A stretch of DNA of 64,000 nt. Source: an uncultured Spirochaetota bacterium. GTDB taxonomy: Bacteria; Spirochaetota; Brevinematia; Brevinematales; JAOACQ01. The notes under the pieces are model-generated. The model did no database searches. It saw only the letters and a program-made list of their open reading frames with translations, and had not been told where the DNA came from. How positions within the stretch are numbered: position 1 is the stretch's first letter; the number at the start of each line of letters is the position of its first letter. The stretch covers positions 160,001 through 224,000 of the forward strand of contig CAWIGG010000005.1 of NCBI GenBank assembly GCA_963835575.1. Direction: 5' to 3'. This document shows, one piece after another, positions 63,106 to 64,000 of the stretch. Both the position numbers and the translations under genes were made by a program.

Positions 63106-63993
63106 ATGATGAGAAGTATGACAGGCTTCGGAAGCGAATTTAAAAGCACAGACCAATATGATATTACCGTGGAACTGAAAAGCCTGAACTCGCGCTATTT
63201 TGATTTCAAGCTCAAGACCAGCGCTTCGATCGACGAATGGGAAAATGATATAAAAAACGCCGTTAATGAAAAATTAAAACGGGGAAAAATCGACCTCTAT
63301 ATTAAAATAGTGGAAAAGGAAGCGAAAAATTACAATATCGTTGTCAACTATGAACTGGCTAATAAATATGAAGATGCCCTCTCAAGCCTTTCCAAACAGC
63401 TGAAAGTCGTTCCGGAACTGACAATGCGCGACTTTGTGACGCTGGGCAATATTCTTCAGATTGAAAGGACCGGCGGTTATGAGGACCTGTACGACATCCT
63501 GATGGGAATGATCGTTTCCGTCATAAAAAAAGTTCTGGATATGATGAACCAGGAGGGAGAAAAAACAAAGGAAGATATTGAGACTTCCCTTTCAATAATG
63601 GAAAAAAGCGTGACTACGATTGAAATCGTTTATCCTCTTAATCTTGAAAAATATAAACAGGCTTTGAAAGAACGCATAATGGAGTTTCTGTCGGAAAGCA
63701 GGGAAGATCTTTTTACAAACAACCGTCTGCTGATTGAAGCGGAGCTTGTCGCATCCCGCACAGCGATCAATGAAGAGCTCGTCAGGCTGAAAAGCCACCT
63801 CATCCAGTTCAAAAACATCCTGAGCGGAAAATCTCCCGGCGACGGCAAAAAACTTGATTTTATCGGTCAGGAAATGAACCGTGAGGCGAATACCATCGCA
63901 TCCAAATCCTCAGACTATCAGATCATTGAAAACACGATCATTATCAAAGGTGAAATTGAAAAAATCCGGGAACAGCTCAGAAACCTGGAGTAA
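63106..63993 (+). CDS. yicC: YicC/YloC family endoribonuclease
   Basis: RSMTGFG, KSLNSRY, EELVRL, GKKLDF..QEMNREANTI.SK. Confidence 0.93.
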   Translation: MMRSMTGFGSEFKSTDQYDITVELKSLNSRYFDFKLKTSASIDEWENDIKNAVNEKLKRGKIDLYIKIVEKEAKNYNIVVNYELANKYEDALSSLSKQLKVVPELTMRDFVTLGNILQIERTGGYEDLYDILMGMIVSVIKKVLDMMNQEGEKTKEDIETSLSIMEKSVTTIEIVYPLNLEKYKQALKERIMEFLSESREDLFTNNRLLIEAELVASRTAINEELVRLKSHLIQFKNILSGKSPGDGKKLDFIGQEMNREANTIASKSSDYQIIENTIIIKGEIEKIREQLRNLE

Positions 63994-64000
63994 AAATGAA

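Overview
A 64-kb bacterial chromosomal window. A free-living Spirochaetota host is my inference from gene content (FapA, LolA-like/MacB export locus, attC style). The first 6 kb are mobile DNA: the probable last cassette of an integron array (O-methyltransferase), an IS1182 inserted into its decayed attC, and a complete IS110 element (2687-6014) carrying a second, nested IS1182. The IS110 left end holds a readable bridge RNA whose four guide segments match the element's own target and donor junctions. Its recombinase has Thr at the catalytic Ser position and Asn at one DEDD aspartate. The rest of the window has a Ser/Thr kinase-phosphoesterase-FHA-VWA operon, three c-di-GMP enzymes, a DEAD-box helicase, and an export locus with one ATPase and three tandem MacB/FtsX permease pairs. 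It also has rpsA/hisF/accB/aspC, a cellodextrin/cellobiose phosphorolysis operon with an IS5-split PfkB kinase, a class C group II intron behind a terminator, and rpmF-plsX-fabG-fabF-rnc-yicC. Several families of MITE/REP-like palindromes are scattered throughout. Four genes carry small-indel frameshifts, possibly assembly errors. No CRISPR array, rRNA or tRNA was seen.
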